Source of the DNA: Octopus bimaculoides | Lineage: Eukaryota | Direction of reading: 5' to 3' | DNA length: 64,000 nucleotides | Assembly (NCBI RefSeq): GCF_001194135.2 | Contig: NC_068989.1 | Location: forward strand, 71,721,671 to 71,785,670 | In this document: piece by piece, positions 1 through 12,417 of the stretch | Layout of the letters: each line of letters begins with the position of its first letter | Numbering within the stretch: the stretch's first letter is position 1 | The notes under the pieces: model-generated | The model's database searches: none | What the model was told of the DNA's origin: nothing | Seen by the model: only the letters and a program-made list of their open reading frames with translations | Translations under genes and position numbers: made by a program

Positions 1-4
1 ATAT

Positions 5-71
<67 letters not shown>

Positions 72-525
72 ATGTAGATAGAAAGAGAGGAGTAGAGAGC
101 GAAAGAGAATGAAATGGCAGCTGGGAAGAAATCAAAGTTCACCAGTAGATTATATATGATTGCTAGAGATATATGTACTCTCATCATCATTGTCATGATC
201 CCCACCACCACCACCACCCAGTGCCACCGTCGCCGTCTTCATCTTTTTAACATCTATAATGCGTTTTTTTGAACTGACATAAGTTTTCCAATGTTTTCAA
301 GAACTGGGACACGTATGTTATTTACAAATAGCAGCAGTCGCAGCAGTAGTATTTTGGTCATAGATTATCGCTCTGATTATGTGGACATATGGTCAGAGCA
401 ATGACAAGACCATTCCGTATTTTCGTCTGTCAAAGACTAACATTGTCCAGTTCTTAGTTTCATTTAATTTGTTTTTGCTAAGTCAGTAGAATATTATTGT
501 TGTGGCAATAGTGCTAGCTCTTTAG

Positions 526-751
526 CAGTGGTTTCCAAACTTTTGGGGGCTTCCGCTCCTTTGGCACCCTGGTTACATTCCTAGTGCCCCCCCCCACTCA
601 CCACCACAAATATAGGCCACTTTCTACAGCAAATTCAAAAGAACAGTATTTCACAAACAAAATTTAACCCAATTAAACCATTATCTAGTTGTTTTTACCT
701 CCATGACCCCATTTTGAGGGGGAAGGATGGTACCACTTTTGGAACCATTGC
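526..751. mobile_element. hAT-type MITE
   Basis: TIRs CAGTGGTTTCCAAA / TTTGGAAACCATTG; degenerate 8-bp TSD ctctttag/ctttatag. Confidence 0.7.
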
Positions 752-3289
752 TTTATAGAGCATTTGGTTGCTGTTTCTAGCAGGTCACGTGAGCGCATAG
801 AGCAGTGCTTTTCTATCGACCCGTTCTTTCATTGAAACTCTTTAACCTCACCTTGCTGTGATTCAATAAAATTTTATACAGCAAAAGATATTGCCGCCCA
901 CTGGCGTAGCTCGACCGTGTGTCACCCCGAGTGGCTCTTGAGTATGCCCCTTCTCATGCGCCTCCTTTCCTATACAAGTAAATACAGAAGACCCAAAAGT
1001 GTTGTTCTCATAAAAGCGTCGCCCAGTTTGGACCGCCCCTTTGACGTCCCCAACTGTGCTACTATCGCTACCAATAGACAGCTCGCCAACGGAAGAGTAC
1101 TTACACTTAAGTCATTTCATTAATATACTATAGAATGTTAAAACAACATTTTGACGATTCACGCAGTGCCAGTATTTTTTGAGATTGAAAGATTTAATTG
1201 ATGCTATCGACGCAGTAATTGATTAGTACTTTATTTTATGGACTTCGAAAGGATGAAAATCAACGCTGACCTCGGCAGGATTTCAACTCAGAATGTAAAA
1301 AGCTGGAACAAATATCGCAAAACCTGACGTTCTCACGATTCTGCCAGCTCGCCGTATTAACAACAACAGTTTCAGATTTAGGCACAAGGCCACAGTACTT
1401 GTCTGGTACTTTATATTCAAATCCCGTCAAGGTCAGCTTTAACTTTCATCTTTCCGAGGTCGATAAAATAAAGTACCAAGGTCGATTTCATCGGCTGTTA
1501 CTCTTGCCTGAAATTGCTAGACTTGTTTCTATGTTAGAAACAATTATCATTACTACCACGATTTTGTATGTGTAGCAATTGAACAGGCGGTAAGCTAGCA
1601 GAAGCATCAAACCGTTGAGAAAAGAGCTTTGTGGTATTTCTCCCGATTTTGAGCTCAAATTACAACGGTGTCAGCTTTGCCTTTTCATTCCTCGGGCATT
1701 GATGAAATATCGTACCAGTGAACAACCGGGAAACAATGGTATAGACTAACCCCTCCTCTCAAATTTGCTTGCCTTGTGCTAAATTTTGAAACCATTACTA
1801 TTTTGTATTTTTAGCAAATAAGAGTCGTTAAGAGCCGCGGAAGAAATACTTCGCTTTATCTCTCCCGACTTTTTACGCTGTGAGTTCAAATCTCGTCAGG
1901 GCTCATTCTGCTTTTCATCCCTCTGGGGTCGATAAAATAAAGTACTAGTGAAGTATTAGGTTCGATGGTATCGATTAAATCCTCTCATTCAAAATTGCTG
2001 TGTGTCTTAATCAGAAACGGCTTCCAGCAATTAGAAACTAGGCTAAGTTCTAAAGTGATTGATACGTTATCTAGTTAGCTTTAACTGCGATAAAAGAGGA
2101 TTACATTAGGTTTGTTATCAATCTACAATGTTTTGCTGAATATGTGTGTGCGTCTGTGTATACATACGCACACACACACACACATATACATACACATACA
2201 CACACAATGCAACAAAAAAGAATTTTTCACATGTCATTGATTGACAAACGTTCAAAAAAAAAAAAAGCACAGAAAGCAGTTCTTAGGGAAAATACTAACT
2301 ACATAAACGGTAAAACGTTATCTACTTACAGACCTAACTATCATGTAGTTACTTTCACAAGTACCATGCCAATGACTGTTTGAAATATGGGACGTTTTTC
2401 TGCCGCACTATGCAAGTATGTGTGTATATAAATATGTATGTATGTATGTATGTATGTATATGAATGACTTAAACACATTCTTGTGATATTGATTTCGCTT
2501 TGTAATAGCAACCAAGAGGACACTCAATTTATTCGGCGCAGAAAAGTATTTCGTTTAAACACGCGTAAATGTTCTTGTCTGTAATAAAGTTTCTAGTGAA
2601 TTATATTTATACACACACGCACATGCGCGCGCGCGCACACACAGAGTTTCCTGCACAGTATACAGTTATGCGTTTTTAAATACGATTAGTGTGTGTGTGT
2701 GTGTGTGTGTGGTTGTGTGTGTGTGTGGGTGGGTGTGTGTGTGTGTGTGTAGGGCTTCTGCTCCTCAAACTCCTAACTTTATTCCCTACACATGTTTGTA
2801 AGCTAACGAAGGCTCATTACATAATTTCTAGCTCCCTTGTCATTTAGTTTCTTATCTATCTATCTATCTATCTATCTATATTTCTGCCTGTCTGTCTCTA
2901 TGTAGTATGTATGTATGTATGTATGTAATAATACAAATAATATGGGAGTATATGCATATATACGTACATGTATGTACATACCTACATCTACATGTATACG
3001 TAGATGCATATCTGGGTACAGGACGTTACAAAAAACGTGGACAAAACGAGAAACAGAACATAAACAGAGCACAGAAAACACACAGACCACATAGAGAACA
3101 TTTCCTTCTTCAGCTGCCACCATTCTAAAACTAAGCGTTTCGAAGAGTATGTATGTATGTATGTATGTATGTATGTATGTATGTATGTATGTATGTATGT
3201 ATGTATGTATGCATATTCTTTTCCTTTTTTTTATGTAGAGTAAATTTTGACTGGCCACCTATTTTGTAGCAAGGTTGTGAAGGAAAGCA

Positions 3290-3449
3290 TCTTGTGTATC
3301 CTCTAAATCTTAAGAAGGTTCTGCAGATTTTTATCATTCCAGATATCGTCATCATTTGTAGCGTATGAATTAAGGATTTGCATTTTTCTCAAGAAGCCAA
3401 CTTCAGCCATATTTTGCTTCAGACGGATTAGCATGTATCCCGTTGCTCC

Positions 3450-3483
<34 letters not shown>

Positions 3484-3530
3484 GGTATGAAGCTGAAAGT
3501 ATATCTTGGGTACTTAATTTGCAAATGTAT
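3290..3530 (-). mobile_element. RLE-type (R2/NeSL/R4-like) non-LTR retrotransposon C-terminal fragment with an (AAT)n expansion
   Basis: LQIKYPRYTFSFIPIII..GATGY and, after a frameshift, ISGMIKICRTFLRF*, resembling RLE LINE C-termini as I recall them. Confidence 0.55.
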
Positions 3531-4289
3531 GTATATATGTACGTGTGTGTGTATGTGTGTGAGAGAGAGCGTGTGTGCGTATGTTTGTATAGTTTTCAAA
3601 CCACACAAAGTTGATATGAACTTTTTCCCGGGCTCCTAGCATGTATGTAGATGCATGTACTTTTAATGATACATATACGCAGGTATGAATACACGTACGT
3701 ACCTCCGCAGCACCGCGCGCCTAATCTCAAATCTTCGTTCATCACGCGCTGATTAACACAGAAGTTTGGAAATCTCAACCCCAAAGTTATGCGTGTGTGT
3801 ATGTGTGTGTGTGTGTGTGTGTGTATGTGTGCGTGTGTGTGTGTGCGTAAGGAGACCTTTACCCCCGATGTGGGTGAGAAACAAATGACCGATTTGATTG
3901 AGTCTCACACACTACGAACACACTATTTCTCTCTCTGTGTCTCTCTCCCTTTCTCTTCCTTACACACATTCTTTCTCTCTCTCTTTCTCTTACACACACA
4001 CACACACACACATACACATACATACGACAGAGATAGCAAGCGAGATAGAAAGAGTAAGAGAATCAGTGATAATTTAGCTCCAACTTCTCTATTACTTCGT
4101 CAACAATAACAACAACGACCACGACGACAACAACAACAGCTTTTTTTCTTTTTAGTAAAGTACCTCAACAGTAGCGAAACATTGAACCAACGTCGGCAGA
4201 CGATACAACCAATAAATTCAAGCGATACAACCAATAAAACAAATGTCGCTTCTAAAACCAGTCGCAAAGAACAAACGAATAAAACCAAT

Positions 4290-4387
4290 ATGGAGGTTGA
4301 AGCAATTCCGCTACGAAATCCTTCCAGCGATGTCGAGTGTCAAAATGTGGGAAACATTTCAAAAACTATGAATTGTCAAGGGAAGAC
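4290..4387 (+). CDS. SLC16-like exon 1 (MEVEAIPLRNPSSDVECQNVGNISKTMNCQGK..)
   Basis: ATG at 4290, donor GTAAGA at 4388, phase 2 matches exon 2. Confidence 0.7.
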
Positions 4388-5181
4388 GTAAGACTGACTT
4401 TTGACCTTCTTTTTCTCTCTCTCTCTCTCTCTCTCTCTNNNNNNNNNNNNNNNNNNNNNNNNNNNNNNNNTCTCTCTCTCACTCTTTCTTTCTTTCTCTC
4501 TCTCTTTCTTTCCTTCTCTCTCTCTCTTCCTCTCTCTCCCTCTTTCTCTCTCTCCCTCTCTCTCACTCACTCTTTCTCCCTCTCACTCACTCTCTGTATG
4601 TATGTATGTATGTATGTATGTATGCATGTACTATATTGTATGTATGCATGTATGCGTGAGCTTGTATGCATGAATCTGTATGTATATTGTTTTATTCTTT
4701 TATTTGTTTCAATCATTTGACTGCGGCCATGCTGGAGCACAGCCTTGACGGATTTTAGTCGAACAAATCGACCCCCAAGACTTATTTTTTTAAGCCAAGT
4801 ACTTATTCTATCAGTCTCCTTTGCCGAAGATATAAGAATATCTGAATGTTACTTCTTTAGTTTATTATTATTTTTGTTGCTTTAGGAAACCACCGCTGTC
4901 CATTGGTCAGAAAGTAGAGTTAGTTTTCGTAGTATTTTCTGGAAGTGTTTATGTCTGCAACGGTGGTACTCCAGTATGGCCGCAGTCAAATAACTGAAAC
5001 AAAAGAATATATATGTAGTGGATCTTGCATGCATGAAGTGGATTCGATCCACCATAGCCAAAATTAAATCAACACTGCAACAGAACTTTTCCCATGGTGG
5101 AACAATGGTTTTTCTCTGACGGCAGTGTTGATTTAAATTTGGCTATGGTGGATCGAATCCACTTCATGCATGTAAGATCCA

Positions 5182-5251
<70 letters not shown>

Positions 5252-5842
5252 TTAGGGTAAAGAACCAAGGTTCATGAACTCATCGATGAAAATCCACTGT
5301 GACATATAGAAAAAATTAAAAGCACAATAAATAAGTATAATATACTACAAAGTAAATATCATAAGATCAAGAAGGTGGCTAGACGCAATTCAAAGCCAAA
5401 AAGGAAAATCTGTATATACTGACAGGGTAGAATTTAGCTTCACCACCAGTGATAGAGTAAGTATTACTGAGGAGCATTAAATTTCATGCGAAACTGGCAT
5501 GCCAATCTAATGCCTCTCAATTGTAGTGGGAAGGTTGTCTCCCTTGTTAGTGAATAGAAAATGTGCTTTTGTCGCTAAAGAGTTCTTTGATTCTTATTTC
5601 AAGCAATGCTGGTGCTCGCTGCACCCTTCGTGACATTTTAGTGATGATGAATTGTGTGTGTGTGTGTGTGTGTGTCCTCCACCACCGCTTGACAACCGGT
5701 TAGGCAGAAAGATACCGATAGAATAAGTACCAGGCTTACAAAAATAAGTCTTGGGGATGATTTGTTCGACTAAAACCCTTCAAGGTGGTGCCCCAGCATA
5801 GCTGCAGTCAAATGACTGAAAGAAGTAAACGATAATAGAAAG

Positions 5843-5879
<37 letters not shown>

Positions 5880-6356
5880 TAGTATATTGCCACTTAAGTG
5901 TGGCTGACCCCTAGGGGTGGATGTTACTGTTGCTTTTANNNNNNNNNNNNNNNNNNNNNNNNNNNNNNNNNNNNNNNNNNNNNNNNNNNNNNNNNNNNNN
6001 NNNNNNNNNNNNNNNNNNNNNNNNNNNNNNNNNNNNNNNNNNNNNNNNNNNNNNNNNNNNNNNNNNNNNNNNNNNNNNNNNNNNNNNNNNNNNNNNNNNN
6101 NNNNNNNNNNNNNNNNNNNNNNNNNNNNNNNNNNNNNNNNNNNNNNNNNNNNNNNNNNNNNNNNNNNNNNNNNNNNNNNNNNNNNNNNNNNNNNNNNNNN
6201 NNNNNNNNNNNNNNNNNNNNNNNNNNNNNNNNNNNNNNNNNNNNNNNNNNNNNNNNNNNNNNNNNNNNNNNNNNNNNNNNNNNNNNNNNNNNNNNNNNNN
6301 NNNNNNNNNNNNNNNNNNNNNNNNNNTGACTGAAAGAAGTAAACGATAATAGAAAG

Positions 6357-6413
<57 letters not shown>

Positions 6414-6457
6414 AGATAGATAGATAGATAGATAGGTAGATAGACAGATAGATAGAT

Positions 6458-6488
<31 letters not shown>

Positions 6489-8291
6489 TATATATAAACA
6501 ACAAATAATTGCAATAAATTACCGAATGTAATAGTAAAAATATATATGTATTGAAACAAAATTGTGACATAATTTTATAAAAATATCTTAATGTTATTTA
6601 TTTAGTTTATTATTATTTTTGTTGTTTTAGGAAACCACCACTGTCCATTGGTCAGAAAGTAGAGTTAGTTTTCGTAATATTTTCTGGTTTTGTCATCAAT
6701 TTTATGGTGTTTGGCTTTAGTGCCAGCCTCTCGGTGTATTTCGTAAAATATAAACGGGCCTTTCCGATGCATTATGAATTGGTTTTATTAACAATATTTC
6801 TGGAAACAGGTATTTTCTCTATTGTAGGTAAGTGAACGTCTTTTTATTAATTTTTTCTTCTCCCATTAGTGGTTCCTTTACAGTGATTTATAAAAGTGTG
6901 GCCAAGTATCTTTTGCCATAGTCTTGAAGGTATTCAAGTTTTGTGAATGAAAATAGGTAAACATAAAACGGTATGAAAACCCATTGAATGGATCAAAACA
7001 CAATAAAAACTATCAACACATTTAACAGGCGCAGGAGTGGCTGTGTTGTAAGTAGCTTGCTTACCAACCGCATGGTCTCGGGTTCAGTCCCACTGCGTTG
7101 TACCTTGGGCAAGTGTCTTCTACTATAGCCTCGGGCCGACCAAAGCCTTATGAGTGGATTTGGTAGACGGAAACTGAAAGAAGCCCTTCGTATATATGTA
7201 TATGTATATATATACATGTGTGTGTGTGTGTTTGTGTTTGTNNNNNNNNNNGTGTTTACGTCCCCGTAACTTAGCGGTTCGGCAAAAGTGACCGATAGAA
7301 TAAGTACTAGGCTTCCAAAGAATAAGTCCTGGGGTCGATTTGCTCGACTAAAGGCGGTGCTCCAGCATGACCACAGTCAAAAGACTGAAACAAGTAAAAG
7401 AGTAAAAGAGAGAGAATGGAAATTCTTTTTAAGAGAAGACATGTAATTTATGCACAACAGAAACCTACGAAACCCTATTGGTACAAGCATAAAATTTACA
7501 ACACTTTCCCATATTTTAATGATGAAAAATACCCTGATAGACAAAGTTATAATTTTTTATCAACTTTTTATTAGCTCTTATCCGATCTCACCACCCTTGA
7601 AAAGTAATACCTATAAAATTTCTACGCAAATACGTTTTGCATAATTCTTTTGTGTACATACACACATCATTTGAGATCCATTTATGCATAAAAGTATTTG
7701 TATATGTAGACTTAGAGTAGTTTTAAAACTCAACTTTCATCTTTAAATTGTTACATATTGTTAATTATTTTAATATTTTATTAACTTAAAATATTCTTAA
7801 TACCTTATATTCTTGTATCATATTCTTTTTATACTGTTGATATATTTTTATCTTGTAAAATGTAATCGATATTAGTGGACAAAGAAAGAGTTTATTACAT
7901 CATTAATGACCAGTTACATTTGTTTCTCTGCTAACTCTAATTTTAACACCAATTCACACAAAAGTTCCATGCAAAATGTTGCGTAATATTTCCGATTTTA
8001 AACATTAGAGTGACACTTCATCATACCTTATCTATTTCATGACTTGTCTGTCACTTCACAAGTTTATTTTTATTTTCATCTTTATTTATACTTCTTGTTT
8101 CTTCTCAAATACAAAATACAGCGTTTAGCAGAAGAACATTATAAGAGCGCATCTTTTTTTATGCAAGCCTAATGAAGTGCCACTTTAATATTTAGAATTG
8201 CAAATATTGCGTGTATTTTCACATGGAACTTTTGCGTAAACTGGACTCAAAAACAGAATTGGTAGGGAAACAAATGAAACTAGTCGTGATA

Positions 8292-8330
<39 letters not shown>

Positions 8331-11300
8331 TATTTTCGCAGGTATGCTGGCAGGAATGTTCCTCCACAAATTCGGAGTACGAGCCACAGCAGTTTTGGGA
8401 AGCGTTCTGCTCAGCTTAGGAGTCGGTGCCTCTTGTTTTGCACCCAACATCATATTTCTTATGTGTTTCTTTGGAATTGTAAGCGGTAAGTACAGCGTGA
8501 CACATACACATGCACACACACACATCTGCTCACCCCACGCCTCGCACACGCACGCACACTCAAACACACACACACACACACGTATAGGCGAATACTTACA
8601 GAATTGAAAACCAGAATTGAATAAGCAGTTAAGTTTAGAAGGAGTGTGTATATATATATATATATATATATATGCACAAACACGCGCGGGCGCGTAAGTC
8701 GCCTAGAAGTTCATAAGTCAGGAAAAATATGCATTCGTATATCTGTCAATAGAATGGGTATATTATCCGAAGTGTACAATATTGTTTTCTACTCTAGGCA
8801 CAAGGCCCGAAATTTTTGGGGAAGGGACCAGTCGATTAGATCGACCCCACTACGCAACTGGTACTTAATTTATCGACCCCAAAACGATGAAAGGCAAAAT
8901 TGACCTCGGCGGAATTTGAACTTAGAACGTAAAGACACGAAATACCGCTAAGCATTTCGCCCGGCGTTTTAACGTTACTGCCAGCTCGCCGCCTTCTGAA
9001 GTATTATATATCCATCACGGCTGATCGTGGGGTTGCCAACAGCATCCTGCTAGATAATGTTGCTCACTGTCGCTTCTTCACGTTGAAACCATTCAATAAC
9101 ATACCAGAGTGAAGTATGGTAGTGACCAACGAGGTAGAAGAATTTATTATTCTACCCTTCGCAGATGTTGTTGGAACGAGCGTTGCTGTTCATGGTGGCG
9201 TCATGCATATTCCATAGGTGAGGGGGAAAACATAGGTGGAATGTGACACATTCTCAGAGGCATCAGGGCATCACTGGACATGGCAATTGGCTGCTGAATC
9301 AGTCAAAAGGAGCCACTAACATAAGTAAAATCGAAGTACATGTGCAAGTCCTCGGCTTCAGGTCGATCCTATGGAATGACAGTTTTGAAGTATCCCATAC
9401 CTTCATTAACGTCTTCTAGGGGCAAAAAAACTAGAGCATCAATCATGCCACAAAACAAACGAAACTCAGCATTGGTATTATACTGTGTTCCCAAACCCAG
9501 TTCCTGGATCTTACGTCAAATGGACTGCGTAAGATGATAGAGACAACCTTTGCTCTGTACGTCGCGGCCAAACACTGCAAGAACAGCTCTCAAGTACACT
9601 ATCTTCAAAGTCAGTCAGTCAACACGGTTTTCACATTAATAGAATAGCTTAGATTTTCACACTTATCAACTACAGCCTGAAAGAGTTCTTCGAAGGTGGC
9701 ACGAGTTTTGTTTGGAAGAAGAGCGTACACTGAAGTAACAGCTGAATCACCGAAAGGGACACGGATGACATAGATCTGTTTGAAAATAGTTGGAGCCATA
9801 GCAACGTTGCCATCTATATATAGAGTATCAGCACCAGTAAAGATTTTGAGGCCATCACTGGTACCAAACACTAGAATACGGTTGTGTGCATTTGGTCCGT
9901 TATTGTAGAGTAAAACCTCCACTGGATTAGGGCCAACTGTCAGAGTATAGTCAGTAGAAAGTTTACCTAGACCTTTTAGCAAACGTGGTACAGGAGGAGT
10001 AGGTCGTTGGTTGCGCAGAGTTCGTAACTCATTAATTAACATCAGTTCTGCATATTCCTTTACAGAGACTGATTGATATGTTAACCTTAAAAAAGTGAGA
10101 ATTCGATTGTTAACCTTTCTATTAAAGACGCAGAAACAGTGCTAACGTGTCCTGTTTTTTTTGTTTCTTTTTTTTCCGTGACTTTTTTTTTTACCTGGAT
10201 TCGCATGCATACACATATACACCCATGTGTGTGTGTGTGTGTGTGTGCGTGCGTGTGTCTGTGTTTGTATTTGATTGCTTGTGTCTCATATTCTAGAAGT
10301 TCGACATACATAACAGAGATCGATAAAATACGTACTGGGGTCGATATAACCGACTGAACACTTGAAAGCGACGTTCCAGCTTGGTTACGGTTCATTGTGT
10401 GAAAGCAGTGTGAAAGAATAGAAGAATAAAAACATTATATACTTCCATTTTAGTTCAATAAAACTGCTAATGCTCTCGGGAAATGACTGAATCCTACAAC
10501 TCCACCATTTTACTTTTCTCTAAAAAGAATATTGCACCGTTTGCGTTTGATAAAATGAAATTTAAAATATTTCGTATGTCCCTAAAAAGAATATTACACT
10601 CTTTGTGCTTGCTGAAAAGAAACATTCAAAAAAGAATACTGTACTCTTTGTGCTTAGTGTTTGTATCCCTTCCAAAATAAAAAATATATATATTGTACCC
10701 TTTGTGCTTGGTGAAGCTAATATATTTGATATCTCTTCAAAACAAAATTGCATCCTTTGTGTTAGGCGAAACGAAACTAATGTATTTTGTATCTCTCTAA
10801 AAAAAGAGTATTGTACCTTTTGCCCTTGGAGAAACGAACCTAATATATATCATATCTTCTCTGTTTTCAGGTTTTGGGTCTTCGTTTCTATTTTTCTCGA
10901 TGAATGTGGGTGTTGCTTCGTATCTGGAAAATTCTGGTCGACATTTTATGCCTTTAGTAGATATGGGAGGATCAGCTGGTGGCATAGTTTGCCCGCCTTT
11001 GATTTCTTATTTAATCGATTTCTACGGTTGGCGGGGAAGCCTATTGATATTTTCCGCCATTGCCTTAAATTCTTTACCTTGCGGCTTAATGTATTCCATT
11101 AAGAATAGAAACGACCTTCACTCGACAGTGGACAACAACGATAAAAATTCAAAACAACGCCAAGATTCATATGGAGAAAAGGACATCGACTGTATTTACA
11201 GACTGTTATCCACCGACATCGAAGAAGCGGGAAAAACGGATAGTTGGTACGTTGAACAAAACAGCGAGCAACTTCCGCTTCAATCCAACAACAGTCACTG

Positions 11301-12370
11301 TGCAGAAGAAACGGGTGATTTAGCAAGAAACGAAACGTCATCAGATCACTGCTTGGCTACTACACCAGCCATAGACGATAGCTCATCACTGAACCGTGAA
11401 CACTCGAAAACTAACGACCAAGTAGAAGATACTAAAAATACAACCAGTGAAATTAGTCAAAAAGCTCTATTTTTCTCGATTTTTTCCAATAAAGATTTTC
11501 TTTTATTTGTCTTAACTATGACAGTTGTAGTCAGTTCAGAACTCACATTATCAGCAATGACATCCGATTTCTTCGTCAGCAAAGGTACGACTCGCTCAGA
11601 AGCTGCACAAATTTATGGAATCGGTTTTACTGGTGAAATTATAGCCCACATTTCTAGTACATGGATGCTTTATAAAAACAAAACGCTAAGTTTACTTATT
11701 TTTTGCATATCTGCTATATTAAGTGGAGCTTTTGTCACGATATATCCTTCCATTCCTACTATGACATCACTGTCATCTGCTGGATGGGCAATATTTTTAA
11801 CAATATGTGAAATGACTGCCCACGGACATTACCAGGCTGTATGCATCCTTGTTATTTTGGAATTTTTCGATGAGAAGCGATATCCTTTTGCCATAGGTTT
11901 CACTATGACAGTTTCGGGAATTTTCGTTCCCATTTTCGGATACATATTTGGTAAAGTAATCCCGTTTATTGCATATTTTTTTTCCTCATTACTATTTCAA
12001 TGTATGGAATTATTTTTTTACTTTAATATTTGAGACATATGTACTGCTCTATCTTCTTTCAGTATTTCAACTTTTTTCCTTACTTCGTAACCCACTTCTC
12101 TCTCACTCTTCTCTGACTATCTGTTTCTGTTCGCTTTTCTCCCCCCCCCCCACTTTTGTCTGACTATCTCTGTTCGTTTACCCCTCCGTTCCTCCCTCCC
12201 TCCCTCTCTTTTGCATTGATCCATGAATTAACTTACTCAGAGATTGAAGTTATACTCTCTAAGTAAATTATTACATTTAACCCTTGACTTAACTCTTATA
12301 TTCACTATTCATTGGTTCCGTGAATTCAGTGTCAAAGACAGTAGTTTCGCTAGTGAGCTTGTGTGTGTGT

Positions 12371-12417
<47 letters not shown>

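Noticed and set aside
5814-6390. Repeat of TGACTGAAAGAAGTAAACGATAATAGAAAGATTATATA either side of gap 5939-6325 (similarly 33490-33610)
   Set aside because: Same gap-flank redundancy; probably an assembly artefact
11951-12033. Read-through extension of the 377-aa ORF as the true C-terminus
   Set aside because: A donor at 11951 joins in phase to exon 13584-13756, which supplies the missing TM12
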